Shown here one piece after another: positions 24,801 to 36,900 of a DNA stretch of 64,000 nt. A model generated the notes under the pieces. That model did not search any database. It saw only the letters and a program-made list of their open reading frames with translations, and had not been told where the DNA came from. The stretch comes from Mizuhopecten yessoensis (lineage: Eukaryota), in the NCBI RefSeq assembly GCF_002113885.1, contig NW_018407496.1, positions 512,994-576,993 on the forward strand, given 5' to 3'. Position numbers and translations under genes: made by a program. The stretch's first letter is position 1; each line of letters begins with the position of its first letter.

Positions 24801-25775
24801 ATTTTATGATATGTATCCTACCAATAGGAGTCAACAATCTTCTTTTCCAGGTTTTAATCAAAGTTTTACAAATTTCTTATCGTAAATCAATTTTGTTATC
24901 TTATGTAAGTCTACATCAAACTCAATACCTAAAAGTATAAATTTCCTATCCCCCCACTGCAAATTCAATTCAGGATAAAGAATTTCATCACTGTATTTTT
25001 TACTACCTATCCAAACAACATGTGTTTTTTCTATGTTTATTTTAAGTCCAGAAATATTTGCAAAACTTTTCAATTCTTTAATTGCCTCTTTTAATGAAAT
25101 GTATGTGCCATCTAAAATCAATGTAGTGTCAAACAACACAATTTTTATTTTGATAATTTTTTTTATCATTATATGTTTCATAATGTACATGTTCATCATT
25201 TTCACGCCCTCTGAACCACCTTTTTACACCTAATTCACTCATCATCATCATCCTCATCGTCATCATCGAGGGGACGGCAGCACCGTCAACTCCTAGGTTC
25301 TACACAGACGTGTCTCCTTTACGCATGTGTAACCATTGATGGCCATCTTATCATCGGCATGTCAAAACAAATAACCAAATTCAACAGTCAAGGAGGCGTC
25401 ATCATAACAACTAAACCAACCCTTTTTTCATTGTTCATCAAACCGATTGTTTGCCTGCCGAGGCATATCGCTGAATGTCCCGTGACAAAAAATATCGCTG
25501 TGGCGGACCGGTCATCAATGAATGGATCATGGACAAACATTTAAATGAGTTATTTCGATACCCCCAGCAAACGCAGAAACATTTCTTAGCGATGTCGGTT
25601 GAGCAATTCCTAACATGCTATTCTATTGTCCAGATGGAGGCATCCTCATCGTAGACATTGGCAACAACACCGTGCACCACACCAGTGGTAACGGCGAACT
25701 GTATGGTATTATGCAACGGGGTTAATTCGTGGCAGATGATGGACGGTTTGAAGCTAGTGCAAACTGAAAAAATAT
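21888..25775 (+). pseudogene. Second TRIM-like copy, interrupted by an L1/Tx1 LINE and frameshifted in the propeller region
   Basis: 21888-~23000 closely matches the first ~370 aa of the 13316 gene. Homology resumes at ~25262 with frameshifts and stops (MSKQITKFNSQGG...ADRSSMNGSWTNI*). Confidence 0.85.
23030..25132 (-). mobile_element. 5'-truncated, decayed L1/Tx1-clade LINE (RT C-terminus plus zf-RVT)
   Basis: DTTLILDG...FANISGLKINIEKT...FILLGIEF; NLFWIDVFKAW..IWYNKSI; KLQWFQFRIYQHILTTN..CELCKLEKETIEQVLWEC. T-rich end on the + strand at ~23030-23080. Confidence 0.88.
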
Positions 25776-26990
25776 TTTACATGCTAAATGCTTATCGGCG
25801 AGGGGATGTAAAACGGCTGAATATGGCACCCATTCTTTGTTGTGATTAGATGTTTGGTAAATAATTCTTATTGTTTGTCATTCGACAGCTGCAAAACACT
25901 GCAAATTTCATTAGTATAATATTTTACTGATAAGATGAACACATGAATTGTGATTCTGTATACCATTAACATTTACTGCATTTGTTTGGGCAAGATTTTT
26001 GAGAGTGAAGACACAGGATAAACTTTACCACAGCGTCAGTACAAAGTACACGGAAATAAAATATACACATTGGGACAGAATAGACAATTTCGTCAACACA
26101 TGGACAGAATAAACTTCATGGACAACACGAAGCAACAATATAAACCATATCGTAGACATGCAAAGTATACCACAGCTTCAACTCACCACGTCAAATATAT
26201 CACATAGTCAACTCACAAATATACCAAACCGTCAACACATAAAGAAAAATATGCGTCGTCGAGTTCAATATCAGAACACAAAGTCCATTAAAACCCACAA
26301 CATTTAAAGATTGCTTTCAAAGTAGTATAGAGAATGATTATTTGATTACATAACGATACGATATGCGATTACGTTCACCCGATAACGCGAGTCTACCGTA
26401 CTCGTGATCAGACTGAATGTGCTCAGTAAATCATATATACAAAAGAACACGTCACCAAAATGAACTGTTGCCCAGCAATGTACGACACTGTTATGTATTG
26501 TATTTATTGAATAAAACTGAATTTATCTCGAAAATTATTTAATTATAATATGGATAATTACATACGTTGATTTATCTTTTTCGTAATTATAAAATACTGA
26601 AATACTGTTAGTCAAATTTCTTGAAAACCACTACATAGCCACATCAATGACGTACCTTACGTTGTGATCGACTTAGAAATGTGCTTTGTAAAGGATTACA
26701 GCGCATGCATTAAAATCTAATTTTATCCATACTTTCAATTTGGTCCAACTATTTGTTGTTGTGTCAATCATCATGCAAAAAGAAGGCTAAAATGATAACC
26801 AGAAATGTGCTTTACTATATTAAATGAGGATGCAGCAAAACTCACGAACACCACATAAATCAAAGAAAACCAAGATTTTAGAAGGTAAACGTTTCCTTCA
26901 CTACAAACACAACGGTTATTGATGTCCTTTTGTTGATGTATCTAAAGACAGTAAACTAGATATTTAAACACGATTTTGAACATATAACGT

Positions 26991-27781
26991 CACGCTTCCA
27001 CAATTGGTACACTACCCAAACTGGTACACGGTCAGAAAGATGTTGGAATAGTTCTTTAAAATTGAATTTGTGTATTTTTCTCTGATGGAATAACAAAACA
27101 GATATTCATAAACTTTTCCACCAAATAGTTTGTTTTCAGTGGCATTTGAAGAGAACACAATGACTTATATCTAAACATGCCAGAAAACCTGCAAAAACGA
27201 TGTACGTCGACGAAATTTTGGAGGATTTTGAAGGGTTGATTATAGGCATGTTTAAATGTTGACTTCTGGTCCTTATACCGGATAATACATACGTGTATTA
27301 ATACAAGTGTAGATCAGTATGGTATTTATAACCGGATAATACATACGTGTATTAATACAATTGTAGATCAGTATGGTATTTATAACCGGATAATTCATAC
27401 GTGTATTAATACAATTGTAGCTCAGTATGGTATTTATAATCGGATAATTCATACGTGTATTAATACAATTGTAGATCAGTATGGTATTTATAAAAGCAAT
27501 ATATTTTGTTGCAATTGACACATCAACTGGTAAAAAATAAATACAAGTTCCATAGCCTGTAAGGTGGTGTACCAATTTGGGTACTAATTATGGCTGAAAA
27601 ACGAGTTTGTTGTTCTATTTTTAAAAACAAAGTACTTGAATCAAAAAATTACCTGAAAACGAACCACCAAGGGTAGTCTTTGCCAAGAATAAAAAAAAAC
27701 ACCATTTTAAATAAAAACATCTGGATTTTTAAATATCACTGAAAAAGTGTCAAAATTTATTATACTAATTGTGGTAGCGTG
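26991..27781. mobile_element. Non-autonomous DNA transposon (~790 bp) with CAC...GTG termini and imperfect ~19-bp TIRs
   Basis: cacgcttccacaattggta ... tactaattgtggtagcgtg. No clear TSD and no ORF. Confidence 0.65.
27273..27495. repeat. 54-bp tandem repeat (4 copies) inside the TIR element
   Basis: ccggataat recurs at 27278, 27332, 27386 and ~27440. The paralogue (~16590-16642) has a single unit. Confidence 0.9.
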
Positions 27782-28039
27782 TGGTAGCTTTCGCCTTTTT
27801 CGCCCTCCTGACATCGAACAACATTCTACATTTAGTCATAACATGTAATTGCGAAATTAACGCCGGACATATATGGAATATACGGGTAAAGGACGAAAGT
27901 TTGTCTGGCCTAACGTTTGCCAATAACTAGTAGTCCAATATGCCATAAGGGAAGGTCACGGATATAATTAAGTAAGACAGTGTTAAAGACGGGTCACCAG
28001 GACGTGTGACCTGTGCAAATGTCCAGTTTATCTACAGAA

Positions 28040-28146
28040 CAATAATCGCCACTGATTGGCCGAAATTGTCTTAGATTGTTTAAGATTTTCATATATATCT
28101 ACTGACCGAAATATCATTTACACATCCTCGTCCTCAGAAACCTCAG
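28040..28146 (+). promoter_or_regulatory. Possible promoter and short non-coding first exon
   Basis: Reverse CCAAT box (ctgattggcc, ~28052), TATA-like catatata (~28090) and a strong donor CAG|gtaaga at 28146, upstream of an ATG-bearing exon. Confidence 0.3.
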
Positions 28147-28556
28147 GTAAGATATAATCAATTTTCAATACAATGTGTTCACTTATTGGTACGTGGTTGT
28201 ACAATGAGCTGAATGTTATAGCAGTAATAATTACACTTTTACATTTATAAATTATTCAATGTGTTCATTCAAGTAATCTGATGATGTCGACTTAAGATAT
28301 ATTAGATATATCTAGAATGACTGGGAGTTACACAAGTCCAGAATCAACTGATGAACAACAGTGTTATATAACTTTCAATAAGCGAAATATGTCATAAGCA
28401 ACGAATACAGTAATGCATTCAAAGAGAAAAAAATATGTTTAATCCATTTTAATGTTTCCAGTATTTCTTTAAAACTACAATCCGTATTTTCACTTTATTC
28501 TGATTAGATTTCAGTGTAAGACATTTCAACACTTTATATTTCAGCCCGAAATCAAT

Positions 28557-28677
28557 ATGCAACTGACCGTGCTGTTCGACTGTGTTTTGTTTTTTGCTGC
28601 TTCCGATGCATTCCAAGTGAAATCTAAATCTGATCAGGAGATCGCCAACACTTTGCGCATGGCGACTCTGGCCAGAA
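28557..28677 (+). CDS. Candidate first coding exon with a signal-peptide-like N-terminus (MQLTVLFDCVLFFAASDA-FQVKSKSDQEIANTLRMATLAR)
   Basis: Acceptor atttcag| at 28544, ATG at 28557, hydrophobic stretch plus small-residue cleavage site, and donor A|gtaaga in phase 1. The downstream partner exon is unresolved. Confidence 0.5.
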
Positions 28678-31600
28678 GTAAGATTTATTGGTCATCTTGG
28701 TGACGAATCACTAATCAACCGTCATAACACCGGGATCATATGTTAACAATAAACAACCAAAAGATTTTCTTGTCGATTACCCTCGTGAGTGGGAACCGAA
28801 CCTACAGCGGATGACCCAAAATCTTGGTTTGCGGCGAGCACTTTCAAGGACGAAATTTAACAGGTTATCATAAAAGAAAGCATGTCAGATCTGTATTTAA
28901 AGATCAGCAACGAGTGGTAGACATTTGAGCCAGGGAAGTTTGGTCTTTTTCACTTGCTTCAACCTTTTTTTACTTTTTTTTTTTTTTATCAATATGTATC
29001 CTATATATCAGTATTAATGAGATAATTGTTTGGGAGTTGAGTATCATTTATTTCTTCAAAATCCATAGTTTTATTAATGGTTTGAATTGTCTTCTTAAGT
29101 TGAATAGCGTTAACAAGTGGCAAGGCAATAGATATTTCCTTAATGACTTTTAAGTTAGTTTTACAAGAGAATACGTAGCTTATCTACCATGAATGTTAAA
29201 AGTATATTATCTAGAGTATTGCGGTTTATATGGTCAATGAGTCCCAATAGTTTGCGCTGCTCAGGTTTGTTCAGTTATAAGCTGCACATAATGACATGTT
29301 GTAATAAAATTTGACAACATTCCGGAAACACTTACCCTACTGGAGTATCAGGCTTTGTCTCCTGTTGTAAGTGGGGAGTCATAATGTCTTTCTTTCATCT
29401 GGTGTTTCCTCACTTTCTCTTGTTTTGTCATTGTGTAATAACTATCTGATAGACTTTGTTCTCTATTTTATAAATAACATACATTAGAAGGATACAAACA
29501 TGAATAAATAAATAAATTGATAAATAAGAACATAAGAAAATAAATATCTGTAGGTTCAATAAGTAAGAAAACTAATTGGCATTCTACACCGAATGATTAC
29601 ATTTGGGTTCAAATTAAACTGAAATAGGTAAATGTAAAACAGTTCGTTAAATATTTAATATCGGTAAAATGATATATTGACGGTTGTTTTCACTGAAACC
29701 TTATCTTAATAAACATTTAAGTGTTGGTAAACAGACAATTCCAACAGACTTTACCCCTTTTATTGGCGCCGTGGTGGTAGCTGGGGTGACAAACCGGACA
29801 GATTATAAATTGGTTGAACAACGTCCCGAGGGTCCGATTCACCAAAATAGCATACACATATACTATACAAGTTTACATTATATTAGTCCTCTTAATATTA
29901 AAATCTTTACATAAAAACCTTTCTTTCTATAATGAATCCATCTCCCTTTGATCGGGAGACAATCCTAAGTTGGATAACAGGGGTGTTGGATAATACAGAT
30001 TGTTGTTTGAGAATCATCTTGTAAACAAAGAAAATACACAATTATAACTGACTGCCTCATTGACTCTCAGCTTGACGTTATTGTGAATTTATCTGTGATC
30101 TTGCCGTGGGATTGTGATCGAGATGCATTGTTTTCTCAAATAAATAATAATCTTCATTTTTGACCTTAATAAACTTTTTTTTCTCTCCAAATAATAAAGA
30201 AAGTGCAGGCAAGTGCAAGATAGTAAAAGTAATAAGAACAGTCCATTTATTTCGCCATTGTTAAGCTAACTATTCAAGTACATATACCTGTCTCAGAAGC
30301 TTTGTAGTAGCACATACTTTTCACTATGTGCTCTTGACATATACGACTATTTCAGCGTTAATTAGAATTTACACACCACATAGTTTACCGTTAAATGTTT
30401 ACCCACGGATCCTGTACGACTACCTTAATGTTCTAATGTACCCGAGTTTGTTTAGATAGCTTTCCGCCTTAGCAGTACGGGGAAATATTTGATTTCAGGT
30501 TTTATGTCATCCTATCGAATGTAAGAGTAAACAGTCACCCTAGTATTATAACAGTATATGTAAGTAAAATAAGACCTTAAAGTGGCTCGTACCTTTCTTG
30601 AAATAAAGTTAGATATTCATAATTATGTTTAAAAAAATGCCTGACGTAATCTTGATAAACAATAGAACACGATACTGTTGAGAATAAAGAATAAAATGCA
30701 TCGGAAGATAATTTGTATGAAGTTAAAAATAATTTTGTGTGCTTTGAACAATAAAATGATCAATTGAATTGATCGAAATTACGTTTTCGTTTTTTGAATT
30801 TTGTTTTGAAAAGTGTTTTCTCAAATGTCAATTTATATTTGATTTATTATAGTGATATTGATTTAAAATAAACGCTCTCTTTAAATAAGGCCGACCTCTT
30901 TAATAAAACAGTGTTATACTATTGCTACCATAACAGCATAAAATCATATTTATAAAGATTTATAACAATATTCCACCGATTTAAGAAATACACTAACGTT
31001 GACAAATATAATGATGATAAAATTCCATTATTCATTTATTACGTTTACTGATTTTGAATGTAGGTGCTCGAATCCTTAACGAAGGTTCGTCTGGCCAAAT
31101 TATCCAATTGGTTTTATGGTTAGTCCGATCATGTATTCCGTGAACCAGCTACCGGAACGTTATGAGTGGAAGTACTTCCTGTAAGTCACATCTTATTGTT
31201 ATAACTCGCTTAATTACCAGTACATGTTAATTGGTTTCTTATACGTAGAAACACAAAAGTATAATAATATTGCTTATATAATTATGACTTGGGTAACAAT
31301 GTCCTTCGTCTTATATTACCAGGTTAGCATTCCATGTAATCAAGTAGGTCTGTATGATAGACATATCAATACAAATCTAGAGAATATTTATAAAATACTT
31401 TCGAAAATGTGATATTTGAAACAATATATTTCATAGAGTGTGTTTGCTTGTTTGTTTAGGGTGAAAATAGTGTCAAAATATACGTAGAATATATCATACG
31501 TTTAAAATCTATACCAGATTTACTATTAATTCATGACAATGCCAGTTTACAATTGTTTTCGCCACTTAAGATAAAATCAACAGACATCGGAATAGATTTA

Positions 31601-31838
31601 AATGCCGCGTCAATTATATCCATTATCCTATTGTAAGTCTGATACGTACTGGTGAGTTTACGTTTAATTGTGTGCTACAGTGACTCTCCTTACCTAAAAT
31701 GCTGGTTTTATTACAGGTATGTTTTGTCACAATTAAATATATCACCCAATATCTCAAAGTTGAACAGGATATACTTTAATGTAACCATGTTGGAATTTAG
31801 TTAAATTCATTTAATATTTATTTCATTCTTGATGATAG

Positions 31839-31928
31839 CCATAGAAGAACAACCAACACTTCAAGATGAAATCAGTTCCAAGTCCGGAATCCTTCACAGA
31901 CTGGGAGCATTTCTGGGAGGACTTACCT
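31839..31928 (+). CDS. Giant low-complexity protein gene A, internal exon (xIEEQPTLQDEISSKSGILHRLGAFLGGLT)
   Basis: gatag| ... T|gtaagt, 90 nt, phase 1-1, compatible with the next exon. An in-frame ATG also lies at 31832. Confidence 0.55.
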
Positions 31929-32329
31929 GTAAGTAACCATAGTAGAGCTATAACAACCATTACATATTTAGTCTTCCCTGATTTAGTATCTGATCGATGG
32001 TAGACAGAGATATATTTCAAAAGGCTCTGATGTAAACTATATAAAATGTTGGTCCAGATTAAAGAATGCCTTTCTCAACAAACAAAAAAGAGATACAATA
32101 GTTACAATGGGACTCTTAACAGCAAGGCGAGCACTGTAAAAGATATATATCCTTTGGCTATTTAAGTCGTATCTTTCGAAACTTGTAGTCGATTGCGATA
32201 TTTCTGTGAAGTGCATACTAGGTTAGTTTACAAACGCAACAATTAACTTAACGGTATGTCATAAACATAAAAAAGTGTTGTCTTTCTATTTTTTTATCGT
32301 GTATTATTAATGTATGTCAAGATGCACTT

Positions 32330-32830
32330 ACCTTCCATATAAATATACGTTTACCATAAGATATACCATACCATATAATTTTATATTTAACATGTTTTTA
32401 CCACATAAAAACGTTTACCGTATAAATAAACATGTTCCATACAAATAAACCTGTACTTATAAATATAAGTTTACGATCTCAATAAACCTGTACTATGAAA
32501 TATATATTTACCATATGCATAAACCTGTATGTTATAAATAAACGTTTATCGTATATAGATATTTCTACTGTTTAGAAAAAGTTTACCATATAAATAAACA
32601 TGTTCCATACAAATAAACATTTACTCAATAAATAAACCGGTACTTATAAATATAGGTTTACCATCTCAATAAACATGTACTATAAAATATATATTTACCA
32701 TAAAGATATACCTGCATGTTATAAATATACGTTTATCGTATATAGATATCTCTACTGTTTAGAAAAAGTTTACCATATACAGATTTATGTATCATATAAA
32801 TATAAATGTACCCTACACATAAACGTTTAT
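32330..32830. repeat. Degenerate AT-rich tandem repeat (ataaataaacgtttaccat-like)
   Basis: Recurrent ataaataaac, tttaccata and ctgtacttat blocks, with a ~170-bp higher-order duplication. Confidence 0.7.
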
Positions 32831-32857
32831 ATTTACAGTTAAATTTCACAGTTCACA

Positions 32858-33043
32858 TATTCCGTCTTTGCGTATTGCAGAGTTATCTCTCTTGTGAGCA
32901 GGTATTGGTTACGTCATTGGTTTGTGAGAGTAACGTCATCAATTTTTGAGAAAACGACGTAATTTTCTCACACAAACCAATGACGTAACAATCAATCCCT
33001 GCTCACAAGAGAAGACAACTCTGCAATACGCAAAGACGGAATA
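32858..33043. mobile_element. 186-bp fold-back MITE
   Basis: tattccgtctttgcgtattgcagagtt... pairs with ...aactctgcaatacgcaaagacggaata. The arms are complementary over roughly 75 bp. Confidence 0.85.
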
Positions 33044-33137
33044 GATATACGTATACTGCAAATAAATATACATATGTATAATGTAAATGAATGCATGTAT
33101 ATACCAATATTGAAAATCTTACTGGTTTTTATCTTAG

Positions 33138-33286
33138 CACGGTGTAGACGACGGGTCAAACGAGTCAGAAATCACCGGAAACAGAGGACAAGTGTTAGTC
33201 AGAAACCAGGAAACAGCGGCGAGGAAAATTCCGTAAATGAAAACCGGTCATCAGCAATCTGTCCCGGAAAACAGAGCTCAGATGAG
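33138..33286 (+). CDS. Gene A exon, Arg-rich (SRCRRRVKRVRNHRKQR...QSSDE)
   Basis: tttttatcttag| ... GAG|gtaacc, phase 1 to 0, in frame with the giant exon. Confidence 0.7.
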
Positions 33287-33981
33287 GTAACCATAAAATA
33301 ATTTTCTCTTGGTATCAATGCGATGTTATATTTCCTTTTCCTGGATACTTACATGTTTTCAATATGATATTGTGTATTTGTGTATATCATTTAGGTATAA
33401 ACGCAAAGAGGAGTACTTCATTACAGTTCAAAATTAAAATATTTTTATAAATGAATAGGGAACTAAAATAGATAGCCTATTTTAGTTTAAAACTCGATTA
33501 AAACGCGGGCCCTTCATGGATAACCCTGCACCAAACATGTTTTAAGATAAATCGATGTTTCAGATGTGTCAGTAATGCTTGTGATGTAAAGTCTATTGAT
33601 AGATAAAAATAACAAGGAGATTAAGTAAACAACAAATGTCAACACCAATTTGTTCATCGTGGATAACGCAACATTTAAAGCCGCAAAGTAATAACAAATT
33701 GTGATATCACAATAGAATGTATGCAGCACATCACTTGACTTAGATGACATGAATCGATGTGTGAGATATGGCTGCATTTCGGTACTTTAGGTCAAATTCA
33801 AAAGTCAAATACAGATCGTGGTGACTCCGGTTTGGTACGCAACTTACAGCTTGACTGTACTTTGCTTGTATACTAAGAATGATGAATGCGAGATATACTG
33901 ATCCAATGTCGATTTAATACCACAGTCTATGATTTACTGAACATATTTGGGATATGAGCGATACTTTTTTTTTTTGTGCAG

Positions 33982-36900
33982 GATGGAAACATACCAATAG
34001 AGGAAAAAGTTGAAAATGGACACAACATTGTCACTTGCCATCACTCAGAACCGAAACACACCGAGTCGACTTTACCCCTAACAGAAGGAAACGTTACACC
34101 GCAATATCAGCATGGGCAAAGAGAAGAAAATGTACGATCTACGGAAAATGTACCAATGTCTGAGTATACGGGTAAAGACAATAGGTCAACTAATGCTAAT
34201 CATTCAATCTCACCGCTGCTTGGCGATACACAAACCTCCTCAGAATTACACCAAGTACTTCCCAAAGAAGAAAATAGCAAGCAGTCACCTCGAAAACTTT
34301 CTAGTCGTATTAGCAACACAGTACATGTTTACAAGTCTGCATCTACCTCCACCACCCGTGTAAAAAACCAAACCAGTAATTATTCTTTATCTCAGTCTCG
34401 AGGAATTCAGGAACTTTCAAGAAATGTCTTGGGTTCATTGCTAACCGCAAATGGTAACGTTACCAACGATTCATATAGATGGCTTGTCGACTCACGGAAA
34501 AAAACAGTCACTCCCTTCGGTGAATATGGTCATCCTCATTCGCATGACATAGGTCGTATAATTCAACCAAAGACTGTTATTCATCGAGGCAATAGCCCGA
34601 CACGTGGATCTTCCATACCTCTAACTTTACCTGATCATACTCAGTTAATTGACAGTAATAAATCTGAATCTGCCTTGCATATCTCTGCATGGAACCGATT
34701 GCCTCTTCGTCACAAAAGAACGTTAAATTTTAGTAGGAACTATGTACAGCATGGAAATGATGATTTAGAAGAGATTGGAGTAGAATTAATGTCAACAGTC
34801 AAAGAGTGGTGTTCTCAACATGATAGAAGTAGTATTGAATCCAACGTAACCATTGATAACCTACCACTACAAAATGATACCTTGGACGATTCTAACAAGG
34901 AAAACTTTCAACCTTTGCTCAAACTAGGTATAATTGATAAACCAGACAAACCTCAATCTCGTAACACTAAGAGTCATAACATCCTTGAAAGTGTCAATAC
35001 ATTGAAACTTGATAAGAACGACTTCGTCACAGGTGAGTTGACTACTGTGGAACAATATTCAAATGTTGGACCAGTTGTGTCTCCTCAGAAGGTTCTCAGC
35101 GACAATTTGAAAGTAGAAGAATTTAGTAATCCCGAAGATTATTCACCAGTGTTAATCAGTCAAAAGAAGCCAGTGTCAAGAAACAGGCAACAATCAGTGG
35201 CAAGCAATGGGCAACACTCAGAGACAACACACAAACAAATAGAAACAGCAAACACACAGCAATCAGAGGTCACAAAACGCCATCAACAGGAAGTTACAAA
35301 TAGTCTGCTAGTGGCAGCAAAAGCTCAACACATAAAAGCAATAAATTGCGAACAATCAAAAGCAACACATACACCACAAAAAGAAACAACAAATAGACAT
35401 GCACGGGAGACCAAAAATGGGAAACTGCAAGAGGCAACACATATACGTGGGGAGTCAGCAAACAACCAACAATCAGAGACCACAAAAGGGCAACAGTCAG
35501 AGACAACACTCAAAGAAATAGAGACAGCAAACAATCAACAACTAGAGATCACAAATGGGCGACAACCAAATACAACAAACAGACAGGAAGTGACAACAAA
35601 GCCTCAACAGATAAAAACAGCAAAGGCAACACACACAAAACAAATAGAAACAACACGTTACCAACAAGAAGACGACACACGTAGTCAACAACAAGAGACG
35701 GCAGACGAATACAAACTGGAGACAACAAAAATACAACAGCCAGACGCAACAAAAGGTCATCAACAAAGGGAAACAAATAATCAAATATCGGGTGAAATTT
35801 ACAAAGGACTACAGACAGGAACAAATGAAAAGCCAAATCAAGCAGGTGGACAACAACTACAAATAACAGGCCGTCAAACTTTAGAGGCAACCCATGGTCA
35901 AATAATAGAAACAACAAACGGTCAACAGCCGGGGCAGGCGAACAATCAACTTTCGCAAGAAATAAGCCGAAAGGAAGACCTTATAGAAACAAGAACGATG
36001 AAAAACCCTGCCATGGATGAAGAGAAACCATCTCAAACGTCAAATAGTGTTCGGGGGCCTGGTAACCACCGCGAAATGGAGCAACTGGATAATATTGGAT
36101 ATCAAACAAACGGGGAGGCATATACATATAAAAATGAGATGCATAAATATGGCAACAAGAAAGAAAACCATTTAAAAAATGACGGAGATTCTTCTGACAT
36201 GGATTCGAACCATATGCGCGAATACAAAGTCCTAAGCAACACAACGTTAACAAAGGCAAGTGATGCTAGAGATATGGCTTTGCGTTCTGTAGAAGAGTGT
36301 TCGGCTGCAATTAATGTTACATGTATTACCAATGAATACTCTTCAAAGACACTAATTCCTGACGATAAAGTTTCTAAGTCGAAAGGCATTGTCGTGGAAC
36401 AACAGTGTGGAGAAATCACTGTTGATGGTGAAGTGATTCACGTACAATCATCAGAAAGGCACACAAATGACCAAATCAACAACGCCACAGACATTTGTGA
36501 AAATTATTTGAACCAAAACACGGAAAGGAAAACATTGATTATGGAAAGAGAAACAAACACACGTGACAAGTTTTCGAGCATGGAAAGTAATTCCCAATCA
36601 TACCAACCACAAAAGGCAATGGTAAAATCTGTCGTTAATCTAAAGAACGAACAAAGCCCCGTAAAAATTTCAAAAGAACATACGATGACAGGAATAACTT
36701 CAGCGAAGCGTCAGAACGAGAACTCTCCACCCACAGAAGGACCCATGAAACTTTTGATATCTTCGAATACTTCGAATAACATCCATGACCGGCGGGAAGC
36801 AGCACGTGAATTGTCCTTCAAACTACGAGACGAAAAAGATGGTGACCTAAACATAAATGATTCGCGTCCAAAGGTGTCCCCCACAACCAAACAAACCAGC

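Noticed and set aside
27273-27575. 100-aa ORF with 18-aa repeats
   Set aside because: It is a translation of the 54-bp tandem repeat inside a non-coding transposon.
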